From NCBI GenBank assembly GCA_002791595.1, contig PFXJ01000025.1, positions 19,880 to 83,879 on the forward strand: 64,000 nucleotides of DNA. The letters are read 5' to 3'. This stretch comes from a candidate division Zixibacteria bacterium CG_4_9_14_3_um_filter_46_8. Its GTDB lineage: Bacteria; Zixibacteria; MSB-5A5; UM-FILTER-46-8. The notes under the pieces were generated by a model. That model saw nothing but the letters and a program-made list of their open reading frames with translations, did not search any database and was not told the origin of the DNA. This document shows, in pieces, positions 1 to 10,276 of the stretch. The number at the start of each line of letters is the position of its first letter. The first letter of the stretch is position 1. The translations under genes and the position numbers were made by a program.

Positions 1-611
1 AGGAATGGAACTTAGTGGGGCTAAAGGAAGAGATATCACGGCTTTTCTTGCTTAATCTGGATTTCAAGAAAGAGGAACTTCCGGCGCTTAGCAGGGATCG
101 ATTACAGGAACTGATAATTGGCGCTGCTGGACAAATCTATGGCCATCGTGAACAAATTTATGGCGCCGACATTATGAGAAGGCTGGAGCGCTATGCCTTT
201 CTTTCTGTGATCGATGAACGTTGGAAGGATCATTTATATGAAATCGATCAGATAAAAACCGGCATTGGATTGCGAGCCTATGGGCAGAGAGACCCTTTGA
301 TTGAATATAAGAAGGAAACCTTCGACGCCTTCGAAAAAATCCTAAACCAGATTGATCGTGAAGTGGTTGAATTCGTTTTCAAAGTCCGTCTGCAACAAGC
401 AGACGAAACATCGAATAAACGACCTGCAGAGAAACAGATGGTGGCTGTGCATGATTCAGCCGTGAATATGGGATACACCGGAATGGGAGAAGCCGCGAAA
501 CCACAATCCCGGCCCAAACCGGTCAAGGTAGAAGAAAAGATAGGGCGAAATGACCCATGTCCCTGCGGTTCAGGAAAAAAATATAAGAAATGCTGTGGGG
601 CGAAATCCTAA
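1..611 (+). CDS. secA: Preprotein translocase SecA, C-terminal fragment (5' end lies outside the window)
   Basis: The C-terminal helical region and the terminal zinc-binding motif [16 protein letters not shown] are typical of SecA. The ORF track starts at the first Met (15), but the frame is open from the window edge. Confidence 0.85.
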   Translation, partial: EWNLVGLKEEISRLFLLNLDFKKEELPALSRDRLQELIIGAAGQIYGHREQIYGADIMRRLERYAFLSVIDERWKDHLYEIDQIKTGIGLRAYGQRDPLIEYKKETFDAFEKILNQIDREVVEFVFKVRLQQADETSNKRPAEKQMVAVHDSAVNMGYTGMGEAAKPQSRPKPVKVEEKIGRNDPCPCGSGKKYKKCCGAKS

Positions 612-644
612 GACGCCATCAATGGCTATTCACAATTTTCGAAA

Positions 645-1370
645 TTAGCCAAGGCTCAGCCAGGGGAACAGTTGGGCGATATATCCTGACAGCAGGCCAA
701 AACTATTGGTCACAAGAAGCAGACCAACAATCACTAATAGACCACCGCCAATAGCTTCTACGACCCGGAAATGCCTCTTGATTCTGCTAGAAACCGACAA
801 GAACGAATTAAAAGCCAAACCAGTAATCAAGAACGGGATACCCAAACCAGCTGAATAAACTGCCAGCAATAACACTCCTTGCCAAACGGATTCTTGAGCG
901 GAGGCAAGGGTAAGGATACCAGCAAGTATCGGTCCTATGCATGGGGTCCAGCCAAATGCAAAGGCAAATCCGATAAGGAATGAACTTAGATAACCGGCGC
1001 CCTTGGTTTGAGCTTCCAATCGCTTTTCATAAAGAAGCCATTTGATCCGAAATACGCCCATAAAATGAAGACCAAAGACAATCACCAGTATTCCCGCAAT
1101 CCTCGATATCAGGGTTTTGTTCTGCCCTAGGAATTGGCCAAGTGCCGTGGCAGTGGCGCCAAAAGCGATAAAAACCAGCGAAAAACCGAGCACAAAGAAT
1201 ATGGTATTGAGGGTTACTTTTTTTAGTACCCCTTTTTTCCCTTGCCCCTTTATATCATCAATGGAAACCCCCGACATAAATGATAAGTACCCCGGCACCA
1301 AGGGGAGGACACAGGGCGACACGAATGATATTATGCCGGCAAGAAATGCGGTAATAAAACTCACTTCCAT
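645..1370 (-). CDS. ccdA: Cytochrome c-type biogenesis / thiol-disulfide transporter CcdA (DsbD transmembrane family)
   Basis: Polytopic membrane protein with the two conserved Cys motifs FVSPCVLP and GWTPCIGP of the CcdA/DsbD_2 family. Confidence 0.75.
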   Translation of the reverse strand: MEVSFITAFLAGIISFVSPCVLPLVPGYLSFMSGVSIDDIKGQGKKGVLKKVTLNTIFFVLGFSLVFIAFGATATALGQFLGQNKTLISRIAGILVIVFGLHFMGVFRIKWLLYEKRLEAQTKGAGYLSSFLIGFAFAFGWTPCIGPILAGILTLASAQESVWQGVLLLAVYSAGLGIPFLITGLAFNSFLSVSSRIKRHFRVVEAIGGGLLVIVGLLLVTNSFGLLSGYIAQLFPWLSLG

Positions 1371-1527
1371 CTAAAAACTCCGTATTTTATCTCATATTAT
1401 TATCTTGCTCGTTCGCTACAAAGCTTTATACGCTTGTCTTATGCAAATTTAATATTCGTGGCGGAAAATTCCAAATAAAAAGAACAACACGGTTTCGCGT
1501 CGTGAGGTTAAGTTGTGGAAATGAAGA

Positions 1528-2937
1528 TTAAGAACGATTTTGCTCGTTCATCTGAGCCAAGCTATCTTTCAGAAGATTCTGGATTGTCTGAATATTTATG
1601 TGAGAAGAGAGCTCTTTGGCTATGGCCTCCGCCATTTTTTCCGCAAAACGGTTGGCAAAAGCAACAATAAATTCATTTGAATAGTCTTTCGGAGTGGAGT
1701 AAGCATTATCGCTATCGGGAACTCGAATTGGGGGCTGTTCGTCGAGCAAATTACTGCTTGTTTCAGACTCGAACCTATCGACCTGTTCCGCAGCATCGGG
1801 AATGGCATTATCCGCACCTCCGGCAATTACCTTATTTGTCGGCGGAGAAGAAACTTCATCACTTTCAGCATCTACTTCCTCAGCGGATTGCTGATTTATA
1901 TTGTCTGAGTAAGCGGTTCCCGCATCAAGGATCAGACCATCATCTGGTTTCTGAATATCCCTGATATCTTCTCTGAATGCGGAAAGGAAATCATCAAATT
2001 TCTTTGCCGATTTTGTATTGTCCGTATCATGCTCTGGAGCATCAGATGACTGGTACTGGGTTAAGCTATTACCCGAATTAACGCTGTCAGCGCCGGATGG
2101 AGCAGGTTGGGTCCCAGTCTTTGAAGTCTCCCTGCGCATCTCATCCATAAACCATTCGAAATCGTGTGGCGAATCTGCTTCGGATTCATTGGGAAGGCCG
2201 TTGCCATCTATGAATTGGGAGATTGCTTCATCATCTTCCTGAGCTGAAATGGATTTTGGGTCAGCAGTGGAATCCAAATTGATCTTGAGTTTATCACCAT
2301 CATCCAGCGACCCTCCATTTTCCAGCGAAAGATCAGACCACGTGAAATCAAGCGCATCGCTTTCATCGGTCTGCATCTCTTTCAGTTCATTGGTGGAAAT
2401 CAGCTCTTCCGATGCTCCATTTTCATCATCTTTGAGGCTCATCCTCTGCAATCCATCGACAATGGCGCCCTGCTCCCAGGGCAGAACCCCACCATCGCTC
2501 CCGGATCGTGATAATGATGATTCTCGGGACAATGGCGCTCCATTACTATCAGCGCGAGAGATATTCTCTTCATCGAGAATAAATTTCTCCACCGTTTCGC
2601 CGAGTTCACGGGGAGTGAAGGGCTTAATTATGGTATCCGTGGCCCCTCCGTCAATGAAATCTGTGATTATTCCGGCATCGCTGGAACCGGCGAGAATAAT
2701 AATGGGGGTTTGCGCGAATTCATTCTTCTGGCGAAGCTGTCTGCAGATATCGATTCCATTTTGCCCGGGCATAGAAGAATCAAGCAGGATCATATCAGGC
2801 CTGGTTTTTTCAATCATCGAGATGGCGGATTCCCCATCTGGAGCCGAGTACACTTCATAACCCTTTTGACGGAGTAATGACTCAACCACCCCTCTAATAG
2901 TAGAACTATCATCAGCAATAAAGATTTTTCTGGGCAT
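1528..2937 (-). CDS. Response regulator receiver-domain protein with a long acidic low-complexity C-terminal region
   Basis: N-terminal CheY-like receiver (KIFIADDSSTIR...ILLDSSMPGQNG...). It is followed by ~350 aa rich in D/E/S with no recognisable output domain. ATG at 2937 with an AAGGA RBS; the ORF track's 2952 start is probably a TTG. Confidence 0.7.
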   Translation of the reverse strand: MPRKIFIADDSSTIRGVVESLLRQKGYEVYSAPDGESAISMIEKTRPDMILLDSSMPGQNGIDICRQLRQKNEFAQTPIIILAGSSDAGIITDFIDGGATDTIIKPFTPRELGETVEKFILDEENISRADSNGAPLSRESSLSRSGSDGGVLPWEQGAIVDGLQRMSLKDDENGASEELISTNELKEMQTDESDALDFTWSDLSLENGGSLDDGDKLKINLDSTADPKSISAQEDDEAISQFIDGNGLPNESEADSPHDFEWFMDEMRRETSKTGTQPAPSGADSVNSGNSLTQYQSSDAPEHDTDNTKSAKKFDDFLSAFREDIRDIQKPDDGLILDAGTAYSDNINQQSAEEVDAESDEVSSPPTNKVIAGGADNAIPDAAEQVDRFESETSSNLLDEQPPIRVPDSDNAYSTPKDYSNEFIVAFANRFAEKMAEAIAKELSSHINIQTIQNLLKDSLAQMNEQNRS

Positions 2938-3012
2938 GAAATATCCTTGCAAGCTAAGATTTGTAATTATCCTTCGATATTAAATCATCGGCTTTTCGCT
3001 AAAATCCTTGAG

Positions 3013-3831
3013 TTATTCCTTACGTTCTGATAAGATTTGGGAAGCCTCTGAGAGAATCCGTTTCTCTTCATCTGTAAGGTTATGATAGCCAACCCTATTG
3101 ATCTTGTCAAGAATGGAATCTACGCGGTCTAATATATCCTCTTCCTTGCGTTTCTTTCTCGTTTGGACGCCTGATGAGAATTTTCCCCTGACGGATTTCA
3201 GTTTATTGACATAGTTTGATATCCGCCAATCGCTTTTGATATAAATATATCCTATGAGCATTCCCCCTAAATGAGCAAAATGAGCAACGCCATCCTGAGC
3301 CCGGCTCACAAAAGATGAAAAGAATTCAATGGCGGCAAATCCGATGACCAGATATTTCGCCTTTATGGGAAAGATAGCATAGATATAGATAAGGCGGTCA
3401 GGAAACATCAGAGCATAAGCCACCAATATTCCATAAATTGCCCCTGAGGCTCCAATGACTGGAGATTGCGAATTCATTGAGAAAACAAAATTGAGGACCC
3501 CGGCTCCTACCCCACAAATCAAATAATATTTCAGGAATTCCTTACCACCCCAGGCACGCTCAATATCGCTGCCAAACAAATACAGGGCCAACATATTGAA
3601 AGCAATATGAAAGAAACCCCCATGCAAAAACATATATGTGAAGAACTGCCATAAGAAATAATTATGTCGAATTAGAGCTGGTACTAATCCAAAATAAACT
3701 ATGAAAACAGGGGGAAGAATATACTGAAGGAGAAATATCCCAATATTGGCAATAAGAAGGGACTTTATCATTGGCGGCAAAGAGCCGGCCCCGAATCTTA
3801 TGTCGCTGTTTCCAAATCTCATATTAGGCAA
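3013..3831 (-). CDS. Rhomboid family intramembrane serine protease
   Basis: Multi-TM protein with the GASGAIYG (GxSG) motif and the catalytic His in AHLGGMLIGY. Confidence 0.75.
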   Translation of the reverse strand: MPNMRFGNSDIRFGAGSLPPMIKSLLIANIGIFLLQYILPPVFIVYFGLVPALIRHNYFLWQFFTYMFLHGGFFHIAFNMLALYLFGSDIERAWGGKEFLKYYLICGVGAGVLNFVFSMNSQSPVIGASGAIYGILVAYALMFPDRLIYIYAIFPIKAKYLVIGFAAIEFFSSFVSRAQDGVAHFAHLGGMLIGYIYIKSDWRISNYVNKLKSVRGKFSSGVQTRKKRKEEDILDRVDSILDKINRVGYHNLTDEEKRILSEASQILSERKE

Positions 3832-3978
3832 TACTCTATTCGAGTATTATTAATGATGGAATATATCGAGAGGTCAAGCATTTTTATTGATGCATCTTTC
3901 AATTTGACAGCACAATACTATTTTCGGCAACACCGGTAGCGGCCTTTATGAATCTAGGCAATATAATACACTTTGAAG

Positions 3979-4404
3979 CTAATACAGCAAACGGTTATGC
4001 TCTTTAAGGATACACCGATCCATTATGACCTGCAAGCCGCTATCAATAGCCTTTTGGGCCGCCGATTCATTAATCACCCCTTCCTGAAACCAGATGGCGG
4101 GCACCCTAATTTCAATGGCTTCATCGACTATGGGCATCACTGTATCGGGGTTGCGAAAGACATCGACAATGTCGATTTCGCCGGGAATCGATTTCAGATC
4201 GGGATAGGATTTTACCCCAAGGATTTCTGGAAAGCCCGGGTTAACCGGTATGATTTCGTATTCTTTTTCAATCAAGTAACTTGCCACTCGGTACGATGGT
4301 CTATCGCTTTTGGGCGAAAGTCCTACCACCGCAATTCGCTTGCATCTACTCAAAAGCTCCGTGATTTGCGCATCTGTGGGATTGGAAAACATTAATTTCT
4401 CCAC
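3979..4404 (-). CDS. CoA-binding domain protein (YccU-like)
   Basis: Rossmann-like CoA_binding fold motif RIAVVGLSPKSDRPSYRV...IIPVNP. Confidence 0.65.
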   Translation of the reverse strand: MEKLMFSNPTDAQITELLSRCKRIAVVGLSPKSDRPSYRVASYLIEKEYEIIPVNPGFPEILGVKSYPDLKSIPGEIDIVDVFRNPDTVMPIVDEAIEIRVPAIWFQEGVINESAAQKAIDSGLQVIMDRCILKEHNRLLY

Positions 4405-4471
4405 TTCAATTCAGGTCGATATGAAATAATTAACGGTAATGAATGGGAAATAGTTTCTGCCGAAAAGTTGG

Positions 4472-5500
4472 TTATTTTAGCAACTTCTTCTCAAGCGCTC
4501 TCAATCTGTTTATATAGTCAGGCAATCTTCCTAGGATCGCCTCTATTCTTTTCTGGAGTCTGATGTCGCGCGCAGGACAACCGAAGAGCACTGATTGGGG
4601 AGGAACATTATTGGGAACTCCGGATTGAGCTCCAACCATAACATCATCACCCATTTCAAGATGACCCGCAAGACCAACCTGGCCAGCTAACACCACCCGA
4701 TCTCCTATCTTGGAGCTGCCCGCTATGCCAACCTGAGCCGCAAATGCGCAGTCTTCACCAACAGTTACATTATGGCCTACCTGAACCAGGTTATCTATCT
4801 TGGTGCCGCGCTTAATGCGGGTTGTCCCCATAGTGGCCCGGTCGATAGTAGCATTTGCTCCGATTTCGACATCATCCTCAAGAATCACTCTCCCCATTTG
4901 GGGGATTTTGTATCTCACGGCACCTTTCAATGCGAATCCAAACCCATCGCTCCCGATAACAGCCCCAGGGTGGAGGATAACATTATTGCCAACCGATGTT
5001 TCAAACATAATTTTGACACCCGGATGAATCAGGCAATTGGCACCGATAACCGAATTGCTGCCAATATAGGAATGACAGTAAATTGCAGTTCGGTCGCCGA
5101 TTGAGACATTATCACCGATCACAACGAAATCCGCGATGAAAATACCTTGACCAGCATGGAAGCCATCACCAATCACAGCAGTAGAGGAGATGCCCGGCTT
5201 ATAAATAGGGCGCTCGCCATGATACATTATCATAATTTCACGGAACGCAAAATAGGAATCTTGAACAACTATGTGAGGAATCTGCAATTCCTGCTCAGCA
5301 AGGGACTGATCCACAAGAACTGCAGCAGCCTTAGTAGTCTTCAGGAATGAGATATATTTGCGGTTTGAAAGAAATGTGATGCTTGATGAATCGGCCTCAT
5401 CGATACTGCAGATCCGTTTTATCTCAGGATTGGAGTCTTTAGGGAAAATCTTCCCATTAACTTTATCTGCTATCTGCCGTAGGCTAAAGCAAGCCATCAT
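4472..5500 (-). CDS. lpxD: UDP-3-O-acylglucosamine N-acyltransferase LpxD
   Basis: N-terminal LpxD domain and left-handed beta-helix hexapeptide repeats. Conserved bamA-skp-lpxD synteny. Confidence 0.85.
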   Translation of the reverse strand: MMACFSLRQIADKVNGKIFPKDSNPEIKRICSIDEADSSSITFLSNRKYISFLKTTKAAAVLVDQSLAEQELQIPHIVVQDSYFAFREIMIMYHGERPIYKPGISSTAVIGDGFHAGQGIFIADFVVIGDNVSIGDRTAIYCHSYIGSNSVIGANCLIHPGVKIMFETSVGNNVILHPGAVIGSDGFGFALKGAVRYKIPQMGRVILEDDVEIGANATIDRATMGTTRIKRGTKIDNLVQVGHNVTVGEDCAFAAQVGIAGSSKIGDRVVLAGQVGLAGHLEMGDDVMVGAQSGVPNNVPPQSVLFGCPARDIRLQKRIEAILGRLPDYINRLRALEKKLLK

Positions 5501-6030
5501 TCCCCTTTGGCCAATTCCTCTAAAACCCGATCGGTCATATCCAGATTCTTTTTGGCATAAGCGATGGAAGTCACACCAGCATCGAACACTAGCGAATAAT
5601 TATTCTCGATGGCGATTCTTTCTATCACGCGCATGATTTTATCTCTGATAGGGCGGACTAATTCGGCATTGCGCCGCTCGGCTTTGCCATCGGGACCGAA
5701 AGTTTCATTGACATAGGCCTGGAAAGCATCTTTCTTGGCTTTCAAAAGGCCTTCCTTTTCTTCGCGTTTGGCTTTTGACAAAAGCAGGCTCTGACTATCT
5801 AATTCCTTCTGCAACAGATCAATCTCTGCCTGCAAATCCTCCGCCTGCTTATTCCATGCCGCCACATCCTTATCGAATCTCGCCTGGGCGTCAGCGAATT
5901 CTTTGGATTCAGCAAAGATACGTTGGGAATCGATATAGCCGATCTTGCCTTCCTGGGCGGAGGCGCTGATGGGCAACGAGAACAGAAATGCCAGCAGACC
6001 AAGAATCAGATACAGCGGTTTTCTATGCAT
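5497..6030 (-). CDS. skp: OmpH/Skp family periplasmic chaperone
   Basis: Signal peptide and a coiled-coil-rich 177 aa protein. It sits between bamA and lpxD and overlaps lpxD by 4 nt. Confidence 0.7.
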   Translation of the reverse strand: MHRKPLYLILGLLAFLFSLPISASAQEGKIGYIDSQRIFAESKEFADAQARFDKDVAAWNKQAEDLQAEIDLLQKELDSQSLLLSKAKREEKEGLLKAKKDAFQAYVNETFGPDGKAERRNAELVRPIRDKIMRVIERIAIENNYSLVFDAGVTSIAYAKKNLDMTDRVLEELAKGE

Positions 6031-6066
6031 ATATTCTCCATATACTAAAATGAAATTGAATTTCGA

Positions 6067-8361
6067 CTAAAACCCTCGTCCTATCTGGAAATGAGGGCGC
6101 CAGTTGCCTTTTTCGGGCGGGTCCAATGCCTTTGCAAAATCGAATCCCAAGACACCCACCATCGGCACTACCACGCGGAACCCGAGACCATAAGATCGTT
6201 GGAGATTGAATGGCTTGAAATCCTCAATATTATAAAAAGCATTTCCGGCATCAACAAACAGAAGGCCGTACAGTTGCTGTTGGGAAATCGGTATTTGATA
6301 TTCGAGATTATATACCGCCATAGCCCGACCTCGAAGCGGGATGCCACTTGTGGTCTGGCGACCAAGAGAACCATCATCGTAACCCCTCACCTCCCCATCA
6401 GGGTCGGTTCCGCCCGGGGAAAACCTTTCGCTATAAGGGACATTTGAGCCCCCGTCATATTCTGCCATGACCCCGGCTTTACCTTGTAGGACAAGGACGA
6501 AGTTCCAGATGGTCTTGAAGTAAAATCGAGATTCAACGATTTCTTTATGATAATTCCAATCTCCGCCGAAGGGCCCACCGGCAAGCTCTGTGGAGATCGT
6601 ATTTATGGAACCCTGGGTGGCAAATTGCGATAGATCCCGTGAATCTCTAATCAAGGAAAAAGCAATCGATGAAGTATTGTATGTGCTTTGTTCTTTATCG
6701 AGGCTATTAGGATTATCTTTATTATCCTCGACATAACTGGCGGAGAAATTGGAGTATTTGACTTCCTCAAACCGGTAGCGGGTGTAAAAGCTAAAATAAT
6801 TATCGGGCCAGTGCAGTCTTCTGCCAACCCTCAGAGAAAACCCTCGCCGCGTCTCATCAAAATCACCATAGAAATCACGGATTATCTGATACACATTTAT
6901 TCCCAGCGAAGTTGGAGTATCGAGAAGCCACGGCTCAGTAAATCCCAGATCGATGGAGTTTCTCTTCGAGCCAAAGTCCCAGTTCAAGGTTACAGTCTGA
7001 CCCATTCCGCGAAAGTTCGGAATACCCAGACCAATAGTACCCACCAGCTTGTCTCTCTCCGAATAACCCGCCCCGACCGAAGCCTGTCCTGTAGGTTTTT
7101 CTTCCACCTTGATGACCAGATTGATATCGCCATCCGGGAGTATCTCCCAATCCGGAGTGGCATTTGCGAAATAATTCAATACCATAACATTGCGGAGAGA
7201 ACGGCCTAAAATCGAACGTTTGAAAATTGTATTGGGGACAACAGAAAGCTCCCTTCTAATGACTTTTTCGTGAGTCTTGGTGTTCCCGGCGATTTTTATC
7301 ATGCGGACATAGACCGGATTCCCTTCGACAACCCGATAACGAATATCGACCGTGTAGCCGGGGCTGTTCTGAGTTTCATCGGTTATCTTGGCATACCAGT
7401 ATCCTTCATCCTGATACATGGCGTGAAGGTTGGCCAAAGATTTGTCATATTTTTCCTGATCAAACACCTCATAGGGCAAATACTCAATCGCCTTTTGGAG
7501 CTGCTCATTGGTGTAGAATTCATTTCCTATCAGAGAATAATTACCGAATCGGTATCGCATTCCCTCGCTGATAGCGATATCGATGAACATATTATTCTTA
7601 TCTTCGCTGTAGTAAATCGAATCAGATACAACATAAGCATCGATATAGCCACTTTTCTTGTAGAATTCGAGAATCCGCTCCTGGTCTTCGGCATATTTGA
7701 CACGATCAAAATTGCCGGAACGCCAAAAACTGTCCTGCTTATTCTTCATTTTGCTCCGGATTTTCTTGTCGGTAAAAATCCTATTCCCCTCGATGGTAAT
7801 TCCCTTGATCTTTACTTTTCTATTCTCCTTGATGGAAAAAATCATGTTAACCTGGCCTTGAATATCCGCATCCTCGAGGCTGGATTCTATTTCGGCGAGT
7901 AAATATCCTTTTCCCTCATAAAGTTTTTTGATTTTTGAGATATTTTCCTTAATGTCTTTGGGAGAAATGATACGCCCCTCGAAAACGGTAATGGCTTCTT
8001 TAAGGTCCTTAGCCTTGATTTTTTTATTTCCCTTAAACTCTATCTCCGCAACTTTCGGATATTCGATGACTTTGATGAGGACATTGACGCCATCCTCGGC
8101 CTCAATGCCATCGATCGAAACGTCCGAGAATAATCCGAGAGCATAGATGGCCCGAATGGCATCCTGCACCGAAGCGGCGTTCAACGGTTCACCTGTTAAC
8201 AACCTCGCGGAATTAATAATCAAATTACGGTCGGCAGTACTGTTGCCCTGAACATCAACCGATCGTATAATTAGATTATTCTCTTGCGCCCGGAGACTTG
8301 AATAAAGAGATATCGCCAAGATGAGCGAAATGATAGAGAGTATAAAAAAGCGATTAGGCAA
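6067..8361 (-). CDS. bamA: Outer membrane protein assembly factor BamA
   Basis: 764 aa with a signal peptide, POTRA repeats and a C-terminal Omp85 beta-barrel ending in an aromatic residue (RGF). Confidence 0.85.
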   Translation of the reverse strand: MPNRFFILSIISLILAISLYSSLRAQENNLIIRSVDVQGNSTADRNLIINSARLLTGEPLNAASVQDAIRAIYALGLFSDVSIDGIEAEDGVNVLIKVIEYPKVAEIEFKGNKKIKAKDLKEAITVFEGRIISPKDIKENISKIKKLYEGKGYLLAEIESSLEDADIQGQVNMIFSIKENRKVKIKGITIEGNRIFTDKKIRSKMKNKQDSFWRSGNFDRVKYAEDQERILEFYKKSGYIDAYVVSDSIYYSEDKNNMFIDIAISEGMRYRFGNYSLIGNEFYTNEQLQKAIEYLPYEVFDQEKYDKSLANLHAMYQDEGYWYAKITDETQNSPGYTVDIRYRVVEGNPVYVRMIKIAGNTKTHEKVIRRELSVVPNTIFKRSILGRSLRNVMVLNYFANATPDWEILPDGDINLVIKVEEKPTGQASVGAGYSERDKLVGTIGLGIPNFRGMGQTVTLNWDFGSKRNSIDLGFTEPWLLDTPTSLGINVYQIIRDFYGDFDETRRGFSLRVGRRLHWPDNYFSFYTRYRFEEVKYSNFSASYVEDNKDNPNSLDKEQSTYNTSSIAFSLIRDSRDLSQFATQGSINTISTELAGGPFGGDWNYHKEIVESRFYFKTIWNFVLVLQGKAGVMAEYDGGSNVPYSERFSPGGTDPDGEVRGYDDGSLGRQTTSGIPLRGRAMAVYNLEYQIPISQQQLYGLLFVDAGNAFYNIEDFKPFNLQRSYGLGFRVVVPMVGVLGFDFAKALDPPEKGNWRPHFQIGRGF

Positions 8362-8426
8362 CCCCGCACATCCTGTCCGTCAATAGCCGGATTTCCAACG
8401 ATTGTGGTTTAGGGAAGTCATTCCGA

Positions 8427-8744
8427 TTAGCTGCCAGGATTGATTCCAGAGATTTTTAGCTCAGTGAAATTTTGTCTGTGCCCTTTTTTGACCCGGTATT
8501 TCACCCGTCTTCTGAATTTGAAGACAATCGCCTTCTTGTCCTTGCCGGCGCCGAGAACTTCAGCGGTGACCACAGCACCCTCGACATAGGGTCTGCCTAT
8601 TTTCACGTTATCATCATCAGAGATCATTAGTACCTTATCGATATTGATTTTATTCCCGGGCGGGATATCGAACAAGGGCACTCTGACAGTATCGCCCTCA
8701 CGGACTTTAAATTGCATTCCGCTGCTCTCAATTACAGCATACAT
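8427..8744 (-). CDS. rplU: 50S ribosomal protein L21
   Basis: MYAVIESSGMQFKV...FKFRRRVKYRVKKGHRQNFT aligns with L21 throughout. Confidence 0.9.
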   Translation of the reverse strand: MYAVIESSGMQFKVREGDTVRVPLFDIPPGNKINIDKVLMISDDDNVKIGRPYVEGAVVTAEVLGAGKDKKAIVFKFRRRVKYRVKKGHRQNFTELKISGINPGS

Positions 8745-8795
8745 TTGAGGTTTACCTCCGAATAAATGGAAAGTTCCGACTTAAGATAATTTTTC

Positions 8796-8823
8796 AATAT
8801 ACCATAATTGCGCTGTATGTCAA
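8796..8823 (-). promoter_or_regulatory. Sigma70-type promoter upstream of rplU (TTGACA-N16-TATATT on the minus strand)
   Basis: Read on the minus strand, -35 TTGACA (8818-8823) and -10 TATATT (8796-8801) are separated by a 16-nt spacer. They lie ~50 nt upstream of the rplU start. Confidence 0.4.
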
Positions 8824-8847
8824 GACTTTCCAGACCTGGCTATTTAT

Positions 8848-10257
8848 TTATTTCACTTTCCTTTTCCATTTGGTGCCGATTTTGGTATCCTCAAGAATAA
8901 TTCCCTTGCCCGACAAATGATCTCGGATACGGTCGGATTCGGCATAATCTTTTCTTTTGCGGGCGTCAATCCGCTCCTGGATCAACCGTTCAATCTCCTC
9001 ATCAATAATCAGTGATTCCTCGGGAGGCTTGATTACTCCCAAAACCGAATCAAAGCCGTCCCATGTTTCGAGGATCTCCCTTTTCTCGGCAGGGCTAAGG
9101 CCGCCCACCTCAGACAAGACGATATTTGCGCCTTTCACCAAATCGAACACCGCCGCAAATGCTGGCGAGACATTGAGGTCATCATCCAACCCGCCAATAA
9201 ATTTCTCTCTGGCTTCTCTCACGAGGCTGGAGATTCTGCCTCCGGAGTCACCATGCGGCGCATCAGTGATATTAGTATGGAAATCCCACAACCTCTGAAG
9301 AGAGGCCAAGGCGGCTTTGACACCATCGAATGTAAAGTTCAGTTGCTGGCGATAATGGGTGGACAAGAGCACATAACGAACCGCCAGAGGATGCAATCCC
9401 CTATTGAGCAGGTCTTTCAAAGTGTAAAAATTATTAAATGATTTCGCCATCTTGCGGCCCTCGACCATCAGATGAGCGTTGTGCATCCAATAGTTGACAA
9501 ATCTTTTGCCCGTGGCGCCCTCCGATTGGGCAATTTCATTTTCGTGGTGCGGGAAAATATTATCCACACCGCCGGTATGAATATCGAAGGTCTGACCCAG
9601 ATATTTCATACTCATTGCTGAGCATTCGATATGCCAGCCGGGTCGTCCTTTTCCAAGTTCGGTCTCCCAGAACACTTTTCCGTCACTTTCATCCCAACCC
9701 TTCCATAGGGCAAAGTCGGCTGCGGTTTCTTTTTCGTATTCCTCGACATCAATGCGAACGCCGGTTTTGAGCTCTGCGAGATTCATTCCCGACAGCCTGC
9801 CATAGTTGGGGAATTCCGTAATTCGGTAGTAGATCGAACTCCCCATAGTATAGGCAATTCCCTTTTCAAGAAGAATCTTAACCATATCAACCATTTCCTT
9901 GATATGTGCTGTGGCTTCAGGATAGTGCTCAGCGCTCTGGATTTTAAGGGCATCCAGGTCTTCGAAAAACGCCTTCTTGTAAATGGCGGTATAATCATTC
10001 AAACTGATGCCCTTAGCGTTGCAACCTCTGATAGTTTTGTCATCAATGTCGGTGAGATTCATCACCTGAGTAACTTTGAAGCCACGATAAATGAGATAGC
10101 GTCTAAGAAGATCCTCAAAGATATAGGCGCGAAAATTGCCGATATGAGCAAAATCGTAAACCGTGGGTCCACAGGTGTACATACGGACCTCGCCGTCAAT
10201 AATCGGTTTGAACTCTTCTTTGCGCCTCGTAAATGTGTTAAAGAAAGTTAGTGCCAT
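8848..10257 (-). CDS. cysS: Cysteine--tRNA ligase
   Basis: Class I aaRS with HIGN (FAHIGNFR) and KMAKS (KMSKS-type) motifs. The N-terminal sequence is CysS-like. Confidence 0.9.
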   Translation of the reverse strand: MALTFFNTFTRRKEEFKPIIDGEVRMYTCGPTVYDFAHIGNFRAYIFEDLLRRYLIYRGFKVTQVMNLTDIDDKTIRGCNAKGISLNDYTAIYKKAFFEDLDALKIQSAEHYPEATAHIKEMVDMVKILLEKGIAYTMGSSIYYRITEFPNYGRLSGMNLAELKTGVRIDVEEYEKETAADFALWKGWDESDGKVFWETELGKGRPGWHIECSAMSMKYLGQTFDIHTGGVDNIFPHHENEIAQSEGATGKRFVNYWMHNAHLMVEGRKMAKSFNNFYTLKDLLNRGLHPLAVRYVLLSTHYRQQLNFTFDGVKAALASLQRLWDFHTNITDAPHGDSGGRISSLVREAREKFIGGLDDDLNVSPAFAAVFDLVKGANIVLSEVGGLSPAEKREILETWDGFDSVLGVIKPPEESLIIDEEIERLIQERIDARKRKDYAESDRIRDHLSGKGIILEDTKIGTKWKRKVK

Positions 10258-10276
10258 TTGTCCCTGCCTGCTTGTT

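Noticed and set aside
2018-2860. Plus-strand ORFs (74 and 203 aa) opposite the response-regulator acidic tail
   Set aside because: They are produced by the low-complexity GA-rich codons of the acidic tail on the other strand. Ser/Leu-rich nonsense.
7270-7902. 210-aa ORF antisense to bamA
   Set aside because: Embedded in the conserved bamA coding region with no motifs and no RBS. Spurious.
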